From the NCBI GenBank assembly GCA_050250255.1, contig JBFWOZ010000042.1, forward strand, positions 1 through 26,507: a stretch of DNA of 26,507 nucleotides, in the 5' to 3' direction. Under the pieces are notes generated by a model. It saw nothing but the letters and a program-made list of their open reading frames with translations, was not told the DNA's origin and made no database searches. Of the stretch, positions 26,058-26,507 are shown piece after piece. A program made the translations under genes and the position numbers. This DNA comes from Bdellovibrionales bacterium (GTDB taxonomy: Bacteria; Bdellovibrionota; Bdellovibrionia; Bdellovibrionales; DASUEL01). The stretch's first letter is position 1. The number at the start of each line of letters is the position of its first letter.

Positions 26058-26121
26058 CCTTTTTTTTCGGTATTTTAAGATCTCTTATTAAGAAAAGCTG
26101 GAGGAAAGCCTGGTCTAGCTT

Positions 26122-26507
26122 TTAGAACAAAATATCTTTGCGTTTACCAAGGCGTGAGGTCACAACTCGCGCGATTTCGGTCGCGGTTTCTTCAAGCGCG
26201 CGCTCGGTGACATCGAAGACAGGCCATTTTTTATTTTGCTTAAAGAGATCGAGCGAAAATTCAATCTCTTCCTGAATTTGTTTGGTGCTCGCATAATCAC
26301 CGCCTTGATCTTGTCCAAACTTTGCGAGGCGGTTTCGCCGAATGCGCGAGAGCTTCTCTTGATCAATGATAAGCCCGACGATTTTCTTTTGATCTACTTC
26401 AAATAGTTGTTTTGGTAGTGTAGAATTTAAAACCACTGGAACGTTTGCAACTATCCACCCTATGTGACTAAAGAAAATCGAAAGCGGTTTATTCGATGAA
26501 CGGCTAA
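26122..26507 (-). CDS. PEP synthase/PPDK regulatory kinase-pyrophosphorylase (PSRP/DUF299), 5' end cut by the window edge
   Basis: The frame is open to the edge: SRSSNKPLSIFFSHIGWIVANVPVV...LF.VDQKKIVGLIID.EKL.RIRRNRL...YAS...I.EE...WPVFDVTERALEETA. Confidence 0.9.
   Translation of the reverse strand, partial: SRSSNKPLSIFFSHIGWIVANVPVVLNSTLPKQLFEVDQKKIVGLIIDQEKLSRIRRNRLAKFGQDQGGDYASTKQIQEEIEFSLDLFKQNKKWPVFDVTERALEETATEIARVVTSRLGKRKDILF

Noticed and set aside
26440..26507. Apparently degenerate P-loop in PSRP (SRSSNKP instead of SRTSKTP) with nearby K-to-I-type changes
   Set aside because: The deviations cluster in the last ~70 nt of the window while the rest of the protein is typical. Low-quality end sequence is the more likely cause, and this cannot be judged without reads.

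Overview
This window looks like a Bdellovibrionota-type (predatory deltaproteobacterial) chromosome segment. That assignment is inferred from the YQNC-type lipobox, the spoVG/tRNA-Gln linkage and the many secreted hydrolases. The left part (1-6443) is accessory DNA lying 3' of a minus-strand tRNA-Gln(UUG). It carries a secreted beta-helix protein with three 54-aa six-cysteine repeats, two small hypothetical genes, a RelE/HigB-HigA toxin-antitoxin (TA) pair, and an AT-rich ABC/AAA_21 ATPase plus TOPRIM-like gene pair that is a candidate anti-phage system. The TA pair and the ATPase pair sit in two tandem units. These are delimited by copies of the tRNA 3' end (AAAAATGGATGGG) and carry phased GT(T/A)ACC repeats resembling integrase arm sites, yet no integrase is encoded between the att-like sites. 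The middle holds a Cys-rich lipoprotein, spoVG, an uncalled small membrane-protein ORF, DegP/DegQ, DUF1844, a 35-bp perfect inverted repeat, an HtpX homolog lacking its zinc ligands, and a moxR-DUF58-hyp-batA-batB/C-batD operon. The right part encodes a secreted clan-CD (His-Cys dyad) peptidase candidate with a coupled small partner, membrane proteins, a subtilisin lipoprotein, a LysR regulator, a GH113-like glycoside hydrolase and a truncated PSRP/DUF299 gene. Three secreted-protein genes share CCGA exactly 9 nt before the start codon, suggesting leaderless sigma28-type transcripts. All family assignments come from motif reading, not database searches.
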